Virus record (IMG/VR): IMGVR_UViG_3300049855_000474 | Span: 32,001 to 96,000 of that record | DNA: 64,000 bases | Direction: 5' to 3' (one strand) | DNA from: a virus | Shown here: positions 1 to 10,112 of the stretch, in pieces | Layout of the letters: every line of letters begins with the position of its first letter | Numbering within the stretch: position 1 is the stretch's first letter | Position numbers and translations under genes: made by a program | The notes under the pieces: model-generated | Seen by the model: the letters and a program-made list of their open reading frames with translations, nothing else | Database searches by the model: none | What the model was told of the DNA's origin: nothing

Positions 1-260
1 CCGGCACAATAGGCATGGACTTGGTCCCTAAGTGTCCAATCTGGGTTAGCTTGTCGACGAAATTGCCATTGACGATACAAAGTCCAAAGAATAGCAGCGT
101 GGTCGGTAGTGGCTTGCCAACCAGCCTCAGAAACTAGTGCCTGAGCTAATAATACATGGGTTTCAGTGTCCCAGTTATCTACCTCTGGACCTGCAAAATC
201 CGCCTTTGCAGACGATATAAACATAAAAAACATAAAAATAGTTAGTAGAAGTTTGGTCAT
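1..260 (-). CDS. Secreted protein, possibly a SleB/Hydrolase_2-like cell-wall hydrolase (partial, runs off the window start)
   Basis: Not in the ORF track. Manual translation from ATG at 260 gives MTKLLLTIFMFFMFISSAKA|DFAGPEVDNWDTETHVLLAQALVSEAGWQATTDHAAILWTLYRQW..., i.e. a signal peptide plus an LLAxxxxxEA motif resembling the SleB catalytic helix. Confidence 0.45.
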   Translation of the reverse strand, partial: MTKLLLTIFMFFMFISSAKADFAGPEVDNWDTETHVLLAQALVSEAGWQATTDHAAILWTLYRQWQFRRQANPDWTLRDQVHAYCA

Positions 261-325
261 AAAGATACAATAAGGCATAAAACAGAGATAAGCAACCGAA
301 TAGATGTAAAAGAGACTGAGAGGTA

Positions 326-769
326 TTGCAGATGACAGACGAAACGATGAACTTGGATAACTTGGAATTTTATGCTATCAAAGTAGGGCAAGAGGATGGA
401 ATCCCGGCAGTGGAGCAGGATTTGTCTACAGGACAGTACAATGTTCTGATCTTCACTTCCTACGAGTCCGCAAGTAAATACTGTTATCTCCGTAAGCCGA
501 CGCACAAAGATAATATCTACAAACTAGACAAAAAGACAGAAAATAAAAGAATTATCCAAACGGGACTACTTAGGATTGCTAGAAAGTGTTGTGTAGATTA
601 TAAGTACATTGGTGGTGTAGTTTTCGATCATCCTGGGGTTTCTGGGAAAGATACAATATACGCTACCATGCAAGCAGTAGCGTTGGCAGCTCGACGACTG
701 GTTCCAAAGGAGAGTACCAATAATATCTTTGAGTTTCTAGCGAGAGCGGACGCTGAAGATAACATCTAA
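326..769 (+). CDS. Hypothetical protein
   Basis: 147-aa ORF with GAGG upstream, co-oriented with the tail genes. Confidence 0.6.
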   Translation: MQMTDETMNLDNLEFYAIKVGQEDGIPAVEQDLSTGQYNVLIFTSYESASKYCYLRKPTHKDNIYKLDKKTENKRIIQTGLLRIARKCCVDYKYIGGVVFDHPGVSGKDTIYATMQAVALAARRLVPKESTNNIFEFLARADAEDNI

Positions 770-786
770 AGGTCTTATTTGATAGG

Positions 787-1830
787 GTGGCATACCCAGA
801 AGACGAAAAGCCAGAAGATTTCATCTTCCAGGCGGTACCAAAGAGTGCCAGACAAGCCGCAGCCCAAACTGCGGAAAGTCGCGTAACTATGACGGTTAAG
901 AGCGCTATTCAATCCTATCTGGAGCGCTTCTTCAAAGAAGACGGCTGTTACAGGAAACAGTTACAACAAACGGCGCCTTATGCTATTCAGTACGAAACTA
1001 GTATTTCTGGCGCTAAAGACATCTCTGACCCTACAGTATACGAGTTGCAGCTCGCGAGACTTTGGAAAGAGCTTCGACAAAAGCTGCCTTGTATACTAAT
1101 AGTTGACCAAGAGTTCAAATACGAAATATCAGGTCTTGGGGGTATTTCAGGGTCTTTCCTCTTTAGTAGGAAGACCTCGTCTATTGAGCTTAAAATGGAT
1201 TGCTCAGTTACGATGTTAATCGAAGTAGCTGCCTGGGATGAGACCACATGCAGCGATCTTAGAGATCTTCTGGTCTACATATTTGGACCGCTGACAATAG
1301 CTAATAAAAGCCATGTAATCAGGAGTAGTAGGAATCAAGATAGATGGGAAATCAGGCTACCCCAGGCTTTTGACCCCCAAGGGCTAGAACGTAAAAATGT
1401 AGAAGGTGATTCTAAGGATTCTTTCTGGATCTCTGGAATAGAACTCACCGTAGATTTCGAAGGAACTATCGACCTAGCCTTTGCCAACCAAACCCAGCTT
1501 GTTACGGTTGGGGATTTTAGAGAAGGCATGATTCCTAATGGCTTTGATATCGATGGCGTAATGACCTATATCCCAGCGGAAGGAACACCGACAGTAGAAA
1601 GTATTTCCGTTCCCACGGAAGTGACGCTAGGTCGTCCTACTAATATTACAGCACATTGGATCCCAGCTCAGGCAATATTTATCAGTGATGACCCCCGTAT
1701 TGCAATTGTGGACGAAAAGGGTGTCATCATACCAAAAAGATTAGGAAAATTCCGTGTCCATTTGATGGATTATGGAAAAAACAACCCAGAGGCTTTATTG
1801 ACCTGGGAAGTGCAGGTTAAAACGATGTAA
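787..1830 (+). CDS. Putative tail completion/terminator-like virion protein with C-terminal Ig-like (Big_2-like) domain
   Basis: Lies upstream of the sheath; LPCILI segment typical of tail terminators; C-terminal ISDDPRIAIVDEKGVIIPKRLGK resembles Big_2. Confidence 0.5.
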   Translation: MAYPEDEKPEDFIFQAVPKSARQAAAQTAESRVTMTVKSAIQSYLERFFKEDGCYRKQLQQTAPYAIQYETSISGAKDISDPTVYELQLARLWKELRQKLPCILIVDQEFKYEISGLGGISGSFLFSRKTSSIELKMDCSVTMLIEVAAWDETTCSDLRDLLVYIFGPLTIANKSHVIRSSRNQDRWEIRLPQAFDPQGLERKNVEGDSKDSFWISGIELTVDFEGTIDLAFANQTQLVTVGDFREGMIPNGFDIDGVMTYIPAEGTPTVESISVPTEVTLGRPTNITAHWIPAQAIFISDDPRIAIVDEKGVIIPKRLGKFRVHLMDYGKNNPEALLTWEVQVKTM

Positions 1831-1850
1831 GCTGTACAGTGGAGGTGTAA

Positions 1851-2054
1851 ATGTCCTGGTCAACAAAAATATTGGTGTATTTACTTAATTTTGTACTAGG
1901 AAAACTCCTCCCTGATAGCAATTTCGTAATTTGGGCTTTCGATACTAAACAAAAACAGGTAAAGGCTTCAATATTCCTGAAGCGTAAAAGCGAAGGAAAC
2001 TACAGCTACAACATAATTACCTTACATAATAAAGCTAAAAAGTCGGGTACTTAG
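1851..2054 (+). CDS. Small hypothetical protein
   Basis: GGAGG Shine-Dalgarno upstream of ATG; hydrophobic N-terminus. Confidence 0.5.
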   Translation: MSWSTKILVYLLNFVLGKLLPDSNFVIWAFDTKQKQVKASIFLKRKSEGNYSYNIITLHNKAKKSGT

Positions 2055-2105
2055 CCCTGATTATTTAACTTTAGAGGCACACCTCGAAGGGATCTGGAGT
2101 TTCAA

Positions 2106-2498
2106 ATGAATATCGATAAACTATACAAGCTTGCTATTGCGTTGGAAGCGCAAGAGATGCATGACGAATCTGTCAAAATTGGTCGATTGATTCGAGAAAT
2201 CAACGCCGCTCCTTCGAAGGATTCGGATGTTGAGATTTCAAGCTGGCCTGACTTCCTCGGCTGGTGGAACAACAATCGTGGGCAAGCACTTTCATACATC
2301 TTCATCGATACTTACGGTGAAAATAGCGAGGAAGCCCAGGAAGTAATTAAACTCATTCAGGAGTCAAATGCTCTTGAGGAGCATTTACATAAGTTCTACA
2401 TGCAGCTTCGTCAGAAAGCACAGCAATCAGCTGCTCCTGGACCAGCGGCACCAGCGGCACCAGCAGCTGACGAAGACCTAGAAGACCTGACAGCGTAA
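2106..2498 (+). CDS. Putative internal head protein with leader motif
   Basis: N-terminus KLYKLAIALEAQEMHDESVKIGRLIREINAA; PAA repeats; C-terminus DEDLEDLTA. Confidence 0.55.
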   Translation: MNIDKLYKLAIALEAQEMHDESVKIGRLIREINAAPSKDSDVEISSWPDFLGWWNNNRGQALSYIFIDTYGENSEEAQEVIKLIQESNALEEHLHKFYMQLRQKAQQSAAPGPAAPAAPAADEDLEDLTA

Positions 2499-2502
2499 GT
2501 AA

Positions 2503-2727
2503 ATGAGACCCGACCTTCAGAAACGACTAGAAGCAGTAGCTTCAGTTCTAGATAAAACAGCGGATGTTGCGGAAAGAGCAATATCATCTGAAAAATATCG
2601 CCTACGTAAGCAAATACTAAAGGCAGTTGAAAAAATAGGATCTATTTCTCTGTCCCGAGAACAACAGACCAAAATAGTTGCCTATCTAGATTTGCTTGGT
2701 ACAAAACTAACTAGATTAGGTAAATAG
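2503..2727 (+). CDS. Putative internal head protein (MRxDLQKR leader family)
   Basis: Begins MRPDLQKRLEAVASVLDKTA, a leader shared with 8143, 29997 and 44811. Confidence 0.6.
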   Translation: MRPDLQKRLEAVASVLDKTADVAERAISSEKYRLRKQILKAVEKIGSISLSREQQTKIVAYLDLLGTKLTRLGK

Positions 2728-2736
2728 GCAATACCA

Positions 2737-4113
2737 TTGAGTACCTTTATATCGATAGCTAATAAACTGCAAAAGCTTGCGATTACAGCCTCTACGATGG
2801 CTGAGATACGCAAAGAGCTTATTAATGGCTATGGATGGGAGGCTGGTGATTACATCAACCTCAACAAGGTAATAGGCAAACAGTCTGTATCTATAGATCT
2901 AGAGGGTGACAAAGAGGGCGACCATGCCAAACTCCACGTAAGTTGGAGTTTCAAGGATCGTTCCGGAGTCTACATCTATAAGGATGAGGACATAGAAGAG
3001 ACTGCTCAGAATATCAATGACCTTGCCGAGACGCTACTAAATGAAAGTTCCGATGAGAGGAAAAAGCGTCAACAGAAAGAAAAAGCTGACCTAGTGCAGG
3101 TCCGTAAAGATCGCAAAGAACTAGAGGCTAAGGAAAAAGAAAAGAAAAAGCAGGAAAAAGCCAAAGAGAACTCTGCGGAGAAAATCAAAATTGACAGGAA
3201 TAAAATACACGAAATCAAGTCATGGCTTGTAGATCGTGGCTGGAAGTTAGCAAAAGTTTACGGATATTACAAGGAATTCGGCGATGTACGAGTATGGCTT
3301 ACGTTCGGACGGAATAGTGTATCTATAGGCTCTAGTATTAAAGCTTCCAGTCAAATTGATTTCGAAAATATGGACTCTTTTGAGGCAGCCCAGAAGATTG
3401 ATGAAACTGCTGAAAATCTGGCAATGATCCATACAGAAGGTCCTGATACAAACAAACCAGAGCATCAGGAACTTAAGTTAATCCATGCACTAAACGAGTT
3501 CGGCTGGAAAAATAGCCATATAGACGGCGGAGTACTCCGCACATCTAGGGAACTGCTAGGAACGGAACTCCCTTGTATTATTACAATGGCTATTGACCTG
3601 GAATCGGGTAGAACAAATTTTGCATGGATTGCTAATAATGAGCATCCGATCCAAATACTTTCATGGGTATTGGACATAGCAGATTTGAAGACTAAAGAGC
3701 TTACAGAGAAAATTAACCTACTGTATGATTCTGTCCAGAAGAGTGTTCGCAGAAAGGATGCTATTTTAGGAGAAGAAGTAGCTAAGCAGCAAGAGCAAAA
3801 GAAGAAAGATGATGAGTATAATGCCTGGAAAGCCAAGCAAACTCAAACAATAAATAAAAAAGATAAAGAAGAATCCTGGAAACGACGGCTAGAGCGTGAG
3901 TTAGCACAAAAGAAAGCACCTGCCAAAGCCATTAATCTAGACCCTGCTGCTCTTGAAAATCTCGTAAAAGCTGAAATTAAGACAGCCGAAACTAAAGTAA
4001 CCCCAGGTCGTTGGTTTATGCAAGTCGTAAAACCTGGGCAACGTCGGTATTTCCGAGGATTGAAAACCAAAAAAAAAACGGTGGAATTGCTGGCGTATTA
4101 TATGATGAGATGA
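2737..4113 (+). CDS. Putative internal head protein with three repeated domains; possible frameshifted C-terminal extension to 4229
   Basis: Leader ISIANKLQKLAITAS; three GW...AQ.I...AE.L-like units; A10 run at 4069-4078. Confidence 0.6.
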   Translation: MSTFISIANKLQKLAITASTMAEIRKELINGYGWEAGDYINLNKVIGKQSVSIDLEGDKEGDHAKLHVSWSFKDRSGVYIYKDEDIEETAQNINDLAETLLNESSDERKKRQQKEKADLVQVRKDRKELEAKEKEKKKQEKAKENSAEKIKIDRNKIHEIKSWLVDRGWKLAKVYGYYKEFGDVRVWLTFGRNSVSIGSSIKASSQIDFENMDSFEAAQKIDETAENLAMIHTEGPDTNKPEHQELKLIHALNEFGWKNSHIDGGVLRTSRELLGTELPCIITMAIDLESGRTNFAWIANNEHPIQILSWVLDIADLKTKELTEKINLLYDSVQKSVRRKDAILGEEVAKQQEQKKKDDEYNAWKAKQTQTINKKDKEESWKRRLERELAQKKAPAKAINLDPAALENLVKAEIKTAETKVTPGRWFMQVVKPGQRRYFRGLKTKKKTVELLAYYMMR

Positions 4114-4322
4114 ACACGAAGGCTATTAAAGCCAGCGTGTCCAAGGATAGTTTCAAGCTCTGGTGTGAACTACAAGAAGAACAAGTTCCTGCTTCTATCC
4201 GGAATAAGATTCTAGCGAAAATTTCGTAACATTACGGATTCTTACATCAAAAGCTTGGGCGCCAAGCTTATAACCTAAACGTCGACCTACAGCCATAAGC
4301 TGAGTATCGAAGGATAATAACT

Positions 4323-7300
4323 ATGGCTGATATTCTCACTACAACGCGTGCAACTAAGGCTGGCGTATACATTGGTCGCGTCTTTCGTCCGACGCCTGCG
4401 GGTCTTGCGGCATTTTCCCGAGTTCCTTGCCTTGTAGGTAAGGGAAACCGTCTCCAGACGGTTTTCAACCAACCGATTCGTCGCAGTTTCCGTAATAACG
4501 TAGCAATTGATTTCTCTCCTACGAGTCCTCATATTGCAACTTTGAGCTATGCGGCTCGAAATGACCAGACTGTAGCGAAATTATATAAATCGACGGGTCA
4601 ACCAGTTCCACAGAATCAATGGTCGTTCACAGAAAGCACCCCCAACGCGGGATACAATCAGGTTCTAATAGTTCCCGAAGTTTTCGATGCTAATGCTGAT
4701 TATTTCATTGACTACCAGTCTACGTCAGCGACCATTAGGGATGAATTGCCTTTCAATGAACTTCGAGAGATTCGTTTTATTGGTGATACCGAAAGCCAAG
4801 ATCGTTACGTAGAAAATAGGAATTATTACATCCCAATTACGCTTAGTACGACAGTTGCAGGTGTTCTAAACGCGGATACGGGGAATAACCACTATAACGA
4901 CCGTGACTTTACTACACCAGCGATTGCTAGTGGTACCAACAACGGTTCAGCGGTTTTGACGGTATTGGCTGGTACCTTCACGGGTGACTACAGCCGACTA
5001 TACACCGTGACTGTAACTGGTGTCAATACTACAGTTGACGCGAGTGTCAAAATTACGCTACTCAGCGGTGGTAACAGTGTGGAGGCGCCTTCACCTGTCC
5101 ATACATCACTAGCGGTCCCTGTGGGGCAAGTTGTCAACTTCCCAACGCCTGGTGGTACTTCTACGGATACGTTCACGGATCCTGCGACCGGTGACGTTGT
5201 TACTCTCCAGCTTGCCGATACGTCAACAACTGGTACCGGTGACACAATCAGCGGTACAGCACCCACGATGACACTTACGGATGCTGGCGGTACCTTCACA
5301 GCTACTGACGTTGGTCGGTATATCACCATTTCTGGTGCTACAACTCCTGCGAACAATGGCTCGTTCCTCATTGCTGGTTACACCAGCGGTACGGTTATTA
5401 CCTACACGAACGCTTCCGGCGTAGCCGAAGCTTTCACTGGTACGTATTCTATCCCTAACGTAAGCACGGGTGATGTGTTTACTTTCGCAGGACTAGGACC
5501 GAGTCTTATCGAGGTAGCTGGAGAAGTTCTCAATACCAACCAGTTCTCCACAATTGGTGCTGTCACAGAGACGGTCACCAATGCAAGCGTTGCCTTGACT
5601 ATTCGTAATGATGCTTCCTACACAGGAACCAACAACCGTAACTATCACGTACAGTGCACAGCGGCAGCGGGCGTGTCCCCCAGCCGTACGGCGACCTTCG
5701 TATGGACCGGTTATGGGGAAAACCCCGTAACTGAGGGAACTTTCTCTATCAGCGAGGCTGCTGAAACTAATCTAGAGAGAACACTTGAAAATGGAATCAA
5801 AGTAGACCTGGACTTCGGGTCAGTAAACTTTGTGGTAGGTGACAAGTTCACCTTTACCGCAACAGCTGCACGCTCTCTGATTACTGCCAAAGATAGTCGC
5901 AATTATACGCTTACCGTGCAATCTGCTGCTGCTGGTACGGTTTCACTTCAGTATGTCACGACTACACCTGAAGGTTCCTTCGCTATCGTCCCTGTCACCA
6001 CAAACGGAAGTCTTCGTCTTCCTGGCGGTGTTGACCTTCGTGTCCGTAACATTGGTACACTGACCGGTCAAAACCGGTACGTGGCTGCTGATGAGTGGAC
6101 ATTCTCCACAGTGGATGAGGAAGTTATCGACTGGACGCTTAAAACGCGTGTAGAAGAGACCATCAGCTCAACAGAGTTTTTTACTGACATGCTCGGTACC
6201 GTGACAGAAGTTGTTGGTGCTACATACATCATAATACAAAATATCCCCTCTAACATTCTTTATGTCAAGGATGCTGTGACGGGCGATATGTTGACAGCAA
6301 CAGCTCTTACAGATCAGCCTATCATCTGGTTCATTAATAGACCTGATAACAATGTCAAGGTGAGCTACGAGTACAGTGGTATTGAACCATCACCTGGGCA
6401 ATTATACTATATTACGGCTAACATACTGCGTCCTGACGAGTTGTACAATGTGCCGGTCTTGAGCCTCACATATGACGACGCGTCTCGTCTACTGGGTCCT
6501 TCTGCTACGAACAACGACTTGTTGATTGCTGCGGAAATCGCGCTGAACGATAACGGGGCGCCTGGCATCTACACCTGCCAAGCGAAGGACTCTGACTCAG
6601 ATGGAGTCATTTCCTCGGTCGATATCAATAACGCTGTTCTTGCCACAGAGAACAACAATAAACTAACAGACGTTATCGTACTGAACGGTAACACATCTCT
6701 TTCGACGGCTCTGACATCGAACGAAAAAATGAACGATCCTTTTGAGCGCAAAGAGCGTGCTCTTTGGGTCGGTCTGCCTGTTGGTTCTACTATCGGTAAT
6801 ACGGATTCGGCAGGTACCGTTGCTTTCACAGCAAAGCGTACTCTCCAGGTGTACGGCGATAACCACGCCCACGGCACCCGAGTACTACTGGCAAACAGTA
6901 GAGCTGTCAAAACTATTACCTTGACTGACGGTACGCAAACGGATGTGACTTTGGATGGCTCGTTCATCCAGACAGCAATCGCGGCAAAGAACGCCAGCTT
7001 CACGGATCCTGGTTCGACAATCCTTCGCCAGTTTATTTCAGGGTTCAAGTCCATTAACGTGTTCACGGAACCTGAGGAATATCAGCTCCAAGAGCTTAGC
7101 GTTCTCTACGTCAGTAACCAGGGTAGTTCTGATGCCCCTGTCTTCCGTATTGAAGAGTCTGTCACTGTAGACACTTCAGCACCAGATAATAACGAAATTT
7201 CCGTAGCTATCAACCAAAAGCAGTTTGTCACCAAGCAAGTTCGCGAAACTATGGAAAATGCACTAATCGCAGTCGTTCCCCCTAGCGAAGCTGCTGGCGT

Positions 7301-7544
7301 CGCCATCGTGCGTTCCTTCCTGGTAGGCAAATTGGTTGATATGATCGGTAAGGGTCTAATCGGACCCTACACTGACGACAGTGGAAATTCTCGCACAATC
7401 GATCCATCGGTTGACGTGGAAGTATTCCGAGATCGTACCGATAAGACATTGTACCACTTCAAGTATTACTGGATGGGAAGGTACCCCATCAAGCGTCTTT
7501 TTGGGATGTATTCAGTCGACAAAAGATTTTTTTCCCAGCAATAA
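4323..7544 (+). CDS. Contractile tail sheath protein (unusually long, with inserted beta-rich domains)
   Basis: 1073 aa. N-terminal AGVYI...VPCLVGKG; C-terminal sheath-like region (LDGSFI.TAIAA, ESVTVD, NEISV, YHFKYY...YPIKRLFG). Lies upstream of tube, chaperone and tape measure. Confidence 0.88.
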   Translation: MADILTTTRATKAGVYIGRVFRPTPAGLAAFSRVPCLVGKGNRLQTVFNQPIRRSFRNNVAIDFSPTSPHIATLSYAARNDQTVAKLYKSTGQPVPQNQWSFTESTPNAGYNQVLIVPEVFDANADYFIDYQSTSATIRDELPFNELREIRFIGDTESQDRYVENRNYYIPITLSTTVAGVLNADTGNNHYNDRDFTTPAIASGTNNGSAVLTVLAGTFTGDYSRLYTVTVTGVNTTVDASVKITLLSGGNSVEAPSPVHTSLAVPVGQVVNFPTPGGTSTDTFTDPATGDVVTLQLADTSTTGTGDTISGTAPTMTLTDAGGTFTATDVGRYITISGATTPANNGSFLIAGYTSGTVITYTNASGVAEAFTGTYSIPNVSTGDVFTFAGLGPSLIEVAGEVLNTNQFSTIGAVTETVTNASVALTIRNDASYTGTNNRNYHVQCTAAAGVSPSRTATFVWTGYGENPVTEGTFSISEAAETNLERTLENGIKVDLDFGSVNFVVGDKFTFTATAARSLITAKDSRNYTLTVQSAAAGTVSLQYVTTTPEGSFAIVPVTTNGSLRLPGGVDLRVRNIGTLTGQNRYVAADEWTFSTVDEEVIDWTLKTRVEETISSTEFFTDMLGTVTEVVGATYIIIQNIPSNILYVKDAVTGDMLTATALTDQPIIWFINRPDNNVKVSYEYSGIEPSPGQLYYITANILRPDELYNVPVLSLTYDDASRLLGPSATNNDLLIAAEIALNDNGAPGIYTCQAKDSDSDGVISSVDINNAVLATENNNKLTDVIVLNGNTSLSTALTSNEKMNDPFERKERALWVGLPVGSTIGNTDSAGTVAFTAKRTLQVYGDNHAHGTRVLLANSRAVKTITLTDGTQTDVTLDGSFIQTAIAAKNASFTDPGSTILRQFISGFKSINVFTEPEEYQLQELSVLYVSNQGSSDAPVFRIEESVTVDTSAPDNNEISVAINQKQFVTKQVRETMENALIAVVPPSEAAGVAIVRSFLVGKLVDMIGKGLIGPYTDDSGNSRTIDPSVDVEVFRDRTDKTLYHFKYYWMGRYPIKRLFGMYSVDKRFFSQQ

Positions 7545-7573
7545 CAAGTACTTAGCTCTAGTAGCTTAAACAA

Positions 7574-7616
7574 AGAAACCGTAGTGGCTTTGATGGCTTC
7601 TACGGTTTCTCTATTT
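7574..7616 (+). terminator. Stem-loop/intrinsic terminator after the sheath gene
   Basis: AGAAACCGTAG (7574-7584) pairs with CTACGGTTTCT (7600-7610), followed by CTATTTT. Confidence 0.6.
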
Positions 7617-7647
7617 TAACTGCCACTACCAGATTAATTGATTAAAG

Positions 7648-8097
7648 ATGGACGAAGATACACAAATTCCGGAACCCCGAAGGTCCCTACATACACAATT
7701 ACAGAAAACCAAGTCCTGGGTTGCTCTGGTGGCCGGGTCTATCTTTTCTATTGTAATGATTGGATTCCAGTCAGCGCAGTTTATAAACTCTCTGGCGACC
7801 AAGCAACAAGTTACAGAAATGCGGGATTACCTGATCAAGGAGAATACCAAAATCAAGGAGGATTTTGACTATTCTAAAAAGAATGAAATAGAAATGCAAA
7901 TTGAACTTAGTGCAGTTAAAAAAGCCTTCCTGGACCACATGGAAAAGCATTCAGGTAGATTAGCGGCTGAAAGAGAACCTAATAAGGCAAAGGCGGCTTC
8001 TTCGGCTAAGGAAGCACGACGTAAATTTAGGGAATCTATCAATGCAGGAAGAACTATAGAACAGGCGCTTTACGACTCTTCTCCGGACTGGTTTTGA
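7648..8097 (+). CDS. Membrane-anchored coiled-coil protein
   Basis: One hydrophobic helix (WVALVAGSIFSIVMIGF) followed by a charged coiled coil. Confidence 0.55.
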   Translation: MDEDTQIPEPRRSLHTQLQKTKSWVALVAGSIFSIVMIGFQSAQFINSLATKQQVTEMRDYLIKENTKIKEDFDYSKKNEIEMQIELSAVKKAFLDHMEKHSGRLAAEREPNKAKAASSAKEARRKFRESINAGRTIEQALYDSSPDWF

Positions 8098-8142
8098 GTA
8101 ACACGGTTATATATTAGAGACTAGTTATGGCAGGTATTTAAT

Positions 8143-8433
8143 ATGCGTAGAGAACTACAAAAACGAATAATAAATGTTTCTGCCTCTTTAGTCGCAATGA
8201 AACCCGCAACCAAATTGGCTCATGACGAGCCTGAAGTCGACGCAATAATGAATAAAGTCGACAGTTTACTGACAGAGTCTCTGGACAAAATAGAGCAATT
8301 GAAAGCACTACAACAGGCTTCAAAATATACAGAAGCTGCGGGTGCTTCGGATCTGGCTGCAAAAGCTGCCAGGGATATGTCGGTTCTATTATCAAAAGCT
8401 TCAATACTGCTCAACCAGCGAGCCACAACTTAA
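8143..8433 (+). CDS. Putative internal head protein (MRxELQKR leader family)
   Basis: Begins MRRELQKRIINVSASLVAMKPATKLA. Confidence 0.6.
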   Translation: MRRELQKRIINVSASLVAMKPATKLAHDEPEVDAIMNKVDSLLTESLDKIEQLKALQQASKYTEAAGASDLAAKAARDMSVLLSKASILLNQRATT

Positions 8434-8504
8434 TTACGTAGACTTCTTGTTTCTATTTCTGATGAGGGAAAAGTCAGTAAGACTTAGTACCGGAGGGTAT
8501 TAAT

Positions 8505-9023
8505 TTGGCATCCCCGAGTCCATACGCAACTAATAATCACGGCGTCGGAGTTCCTAAGATAAACTTCGATGCTCCAGGCTCGACAACGTCGATGACCTAC
8601 CACGGTCTTGCTATCGTGGTGGATAATAACATTGTGGGTCGAATCCAATCGTGGGCGCCTCAGATGTACTCGAGAGAGGGTGAGTGGGTTTACGAACTCA
8701 ATCACTTTACTTTTGGACGTCCGGTAGACTACGTCCCTGGCATCAACAGCAATTACACGATTAACTGCAATCGAGTAGAGGTTTGGGGTCAGGAACTTGA
8801 GCGTGCGTTAGGTTATCCGGCTGTGTGGTCGGATCTTATCGATCAAGATCGTCCTTTTGCTGTAAAGGAATTCTTGCTTAGAGGAAATAATCCGTACCGA
8901 ACCTGGGAGTACACAGGTTGTTGGTTCCGTAACAAGAACGTTCAAGAGTTTCAATCTAAAGAAACTCCTCAGGTTATGGTCACAGCAGAGCTTGCTTTCG
9001 TGGGTCGTCATAGATCAACGTAA
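8505..9023 (+). CDS. Tail tube protein
   Basis: 172 aa. VGRIQSWAP...R..EWVYEL...P...VPG, NRVEVW and WEYTGCWF are typical myovirus tube motifs; GGAGG before the TTG start; position between sheath and chaperone. Confidence 0.82.
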   Translation: MASPSPYATNNHGVGVPKINFDAPGSTTSMTYHGLAIVVDNNIVGRIQSWAPQMYSREGEWVYELNHFTFGRPVDYVPGINSNYTINCNRVEVWGQELERALGYPAVWSDLIDQDRPFAVKEFLLRGNNPYRTWEYTGCWFRNKNVQEFQSKETPQVMVTAELAFVGRHRST

Positions 9024-9087
9024 TATACAATTAGCCGCTTAAAGCGGTTTGGCGCTAGAACAATCAAACTATTCGGAGAATGTGGAA

Positions 9088-10050
9088 ATGGCTCAAAACA
9101 AAAATATGGAACTTATCGTAGCCGAGCTGGATCTTATGGCTCAGGAGCTAGAGACCAAGGGCAGTGTCGAGCTTGCTAGTCTCGTGGACGAAGTGGCAGC
9201 AGATCTTGTTAAGGAAGCTGCGGCGAAGTCGCCAAAGGCACCAAAGAATGAAAAGGCTCCTAAGGCTGGTAAGGGAAACGGTAAGCGTAAGAAGATCCAG
9301 AAGAAGAAAACAGCTAAGGCTACTACGGCTGTTAGCCGATCGGAAGCTAAGAAAATCCTCAAGGCTGCGCATGCGGAGCTTTTGGATATCGCTGGAGAGC
9401 TTCTAAAGGACAAGGACACCAAGAGTGCTTCGGCTATCCTCCGTTATGCGGAAGAAGTGGACGAGGAAGAGAAGGGCATTGAGGACGGTGATTCTCCCCT
9501 TATTAATGATGGTGAAGAGCCCAATGCGGGTGGTGACCTTTTCCCAGCCAAGGATGAAGATGAGCTAGATAGCGACCCTGCGGAGGGTGACGATCTTGAC
9601 GAGCCTGAGAAAGGCGATGATGACCTTGATCCAGACGCGGATGGCGATGTGGATGTCGATACAGATGACGACGATGACCTGGAGAAGGAAGTCGAAGCCA
9701 TGATGCGTAAGTACGATCTTGATAAGCCCAAGACTCCTGAAGCACCTAAGACGCCCGAGGCACCTAAGATGCCTGAAGCGCCTAAGTCCCCCAAAGCCCC
9801 TGAACCTCCCAAGGCTCCTGGCGCTCCTTCGGACGAAGACGACAAGGACGATGATGAGGAGGAGGAAGAGGACGACGACAAAGATGAGGCTGACAAGGAC
9901 GACGACAAGGACGACGACAAGGACGATGAAGAGAAGAAAGTCGCGGGAACGTTGTTTGAGCTAGCCAAGAAGCTAGGTTCAGCGGGCGAGAAGGACCTTG
10001 CCTACAGTATTGCCGAAATGCTTGATCGTCACAGCATTAAATCCAAGTAA
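9088..10050 (+). CDS. Highly acidic low-complexity protein with three copies of the helical leader motif (probable internal/core head protein)
   Basis: Likely start ATG at 9088 (GGAG upstream). Motif copies ELDLMAQELETKGSVELASLVDEVA, ELLDIAGELLKDKD..SASAIL and TLFELAKKLGSAGEKDLAYSIA; D/E tracts. Confidence 0.65.
   Translation: MAQNKNMELIVAELDLMAQELETKGSVELASLVDEVAADLVKEAAAKSPKAPKNEKAPKAGKGNGKRKKIQKKKTAKATTAVSRSEAKKILKAAHAELLDIAGELLKDKDTKSASAILRYAEEVDEEEKGIEDGDSPLINDGEEPNAGGDLFPAKDEDELDSDPAEGDDLDEPEKGDDDLDPDADGDVDVDTDDDDDLEKEVEAMMRKYDLDKPKTPEAPKTPEAPKMPEAPKSPKAPEPPKAPGAPSDEDDKDDDEEEEEDDDKDEADKDDDKDDDKDDEEKKVAGTLFELAKKLGSAGEKDLAYSIAEMLDRHSIKSK
9727..9828 (+). repeat. Coding tandem repeat PK(T/M/S)PEA, about 18-nt period
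   Basis: PKTPEAPKTPEAPKMPEAPKSPKAPEPPKAP in the translation. Confidence 0.8.
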
Positions 10051-10078
10051 TAGTATAAACATTACTACGTGAAGTAAG

Positions 10079-10112
10079 AAGTCCGAGCTTAACCGCTCGG
10101 ACTTTTTCGTTT
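10079..10112 (+). terminator. Intrinsic terminator
   Basis: AAGTCCGAGC-TTAACC-GCTCGGACTT followed by TTTCGTTT. Confidence 0.85.
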
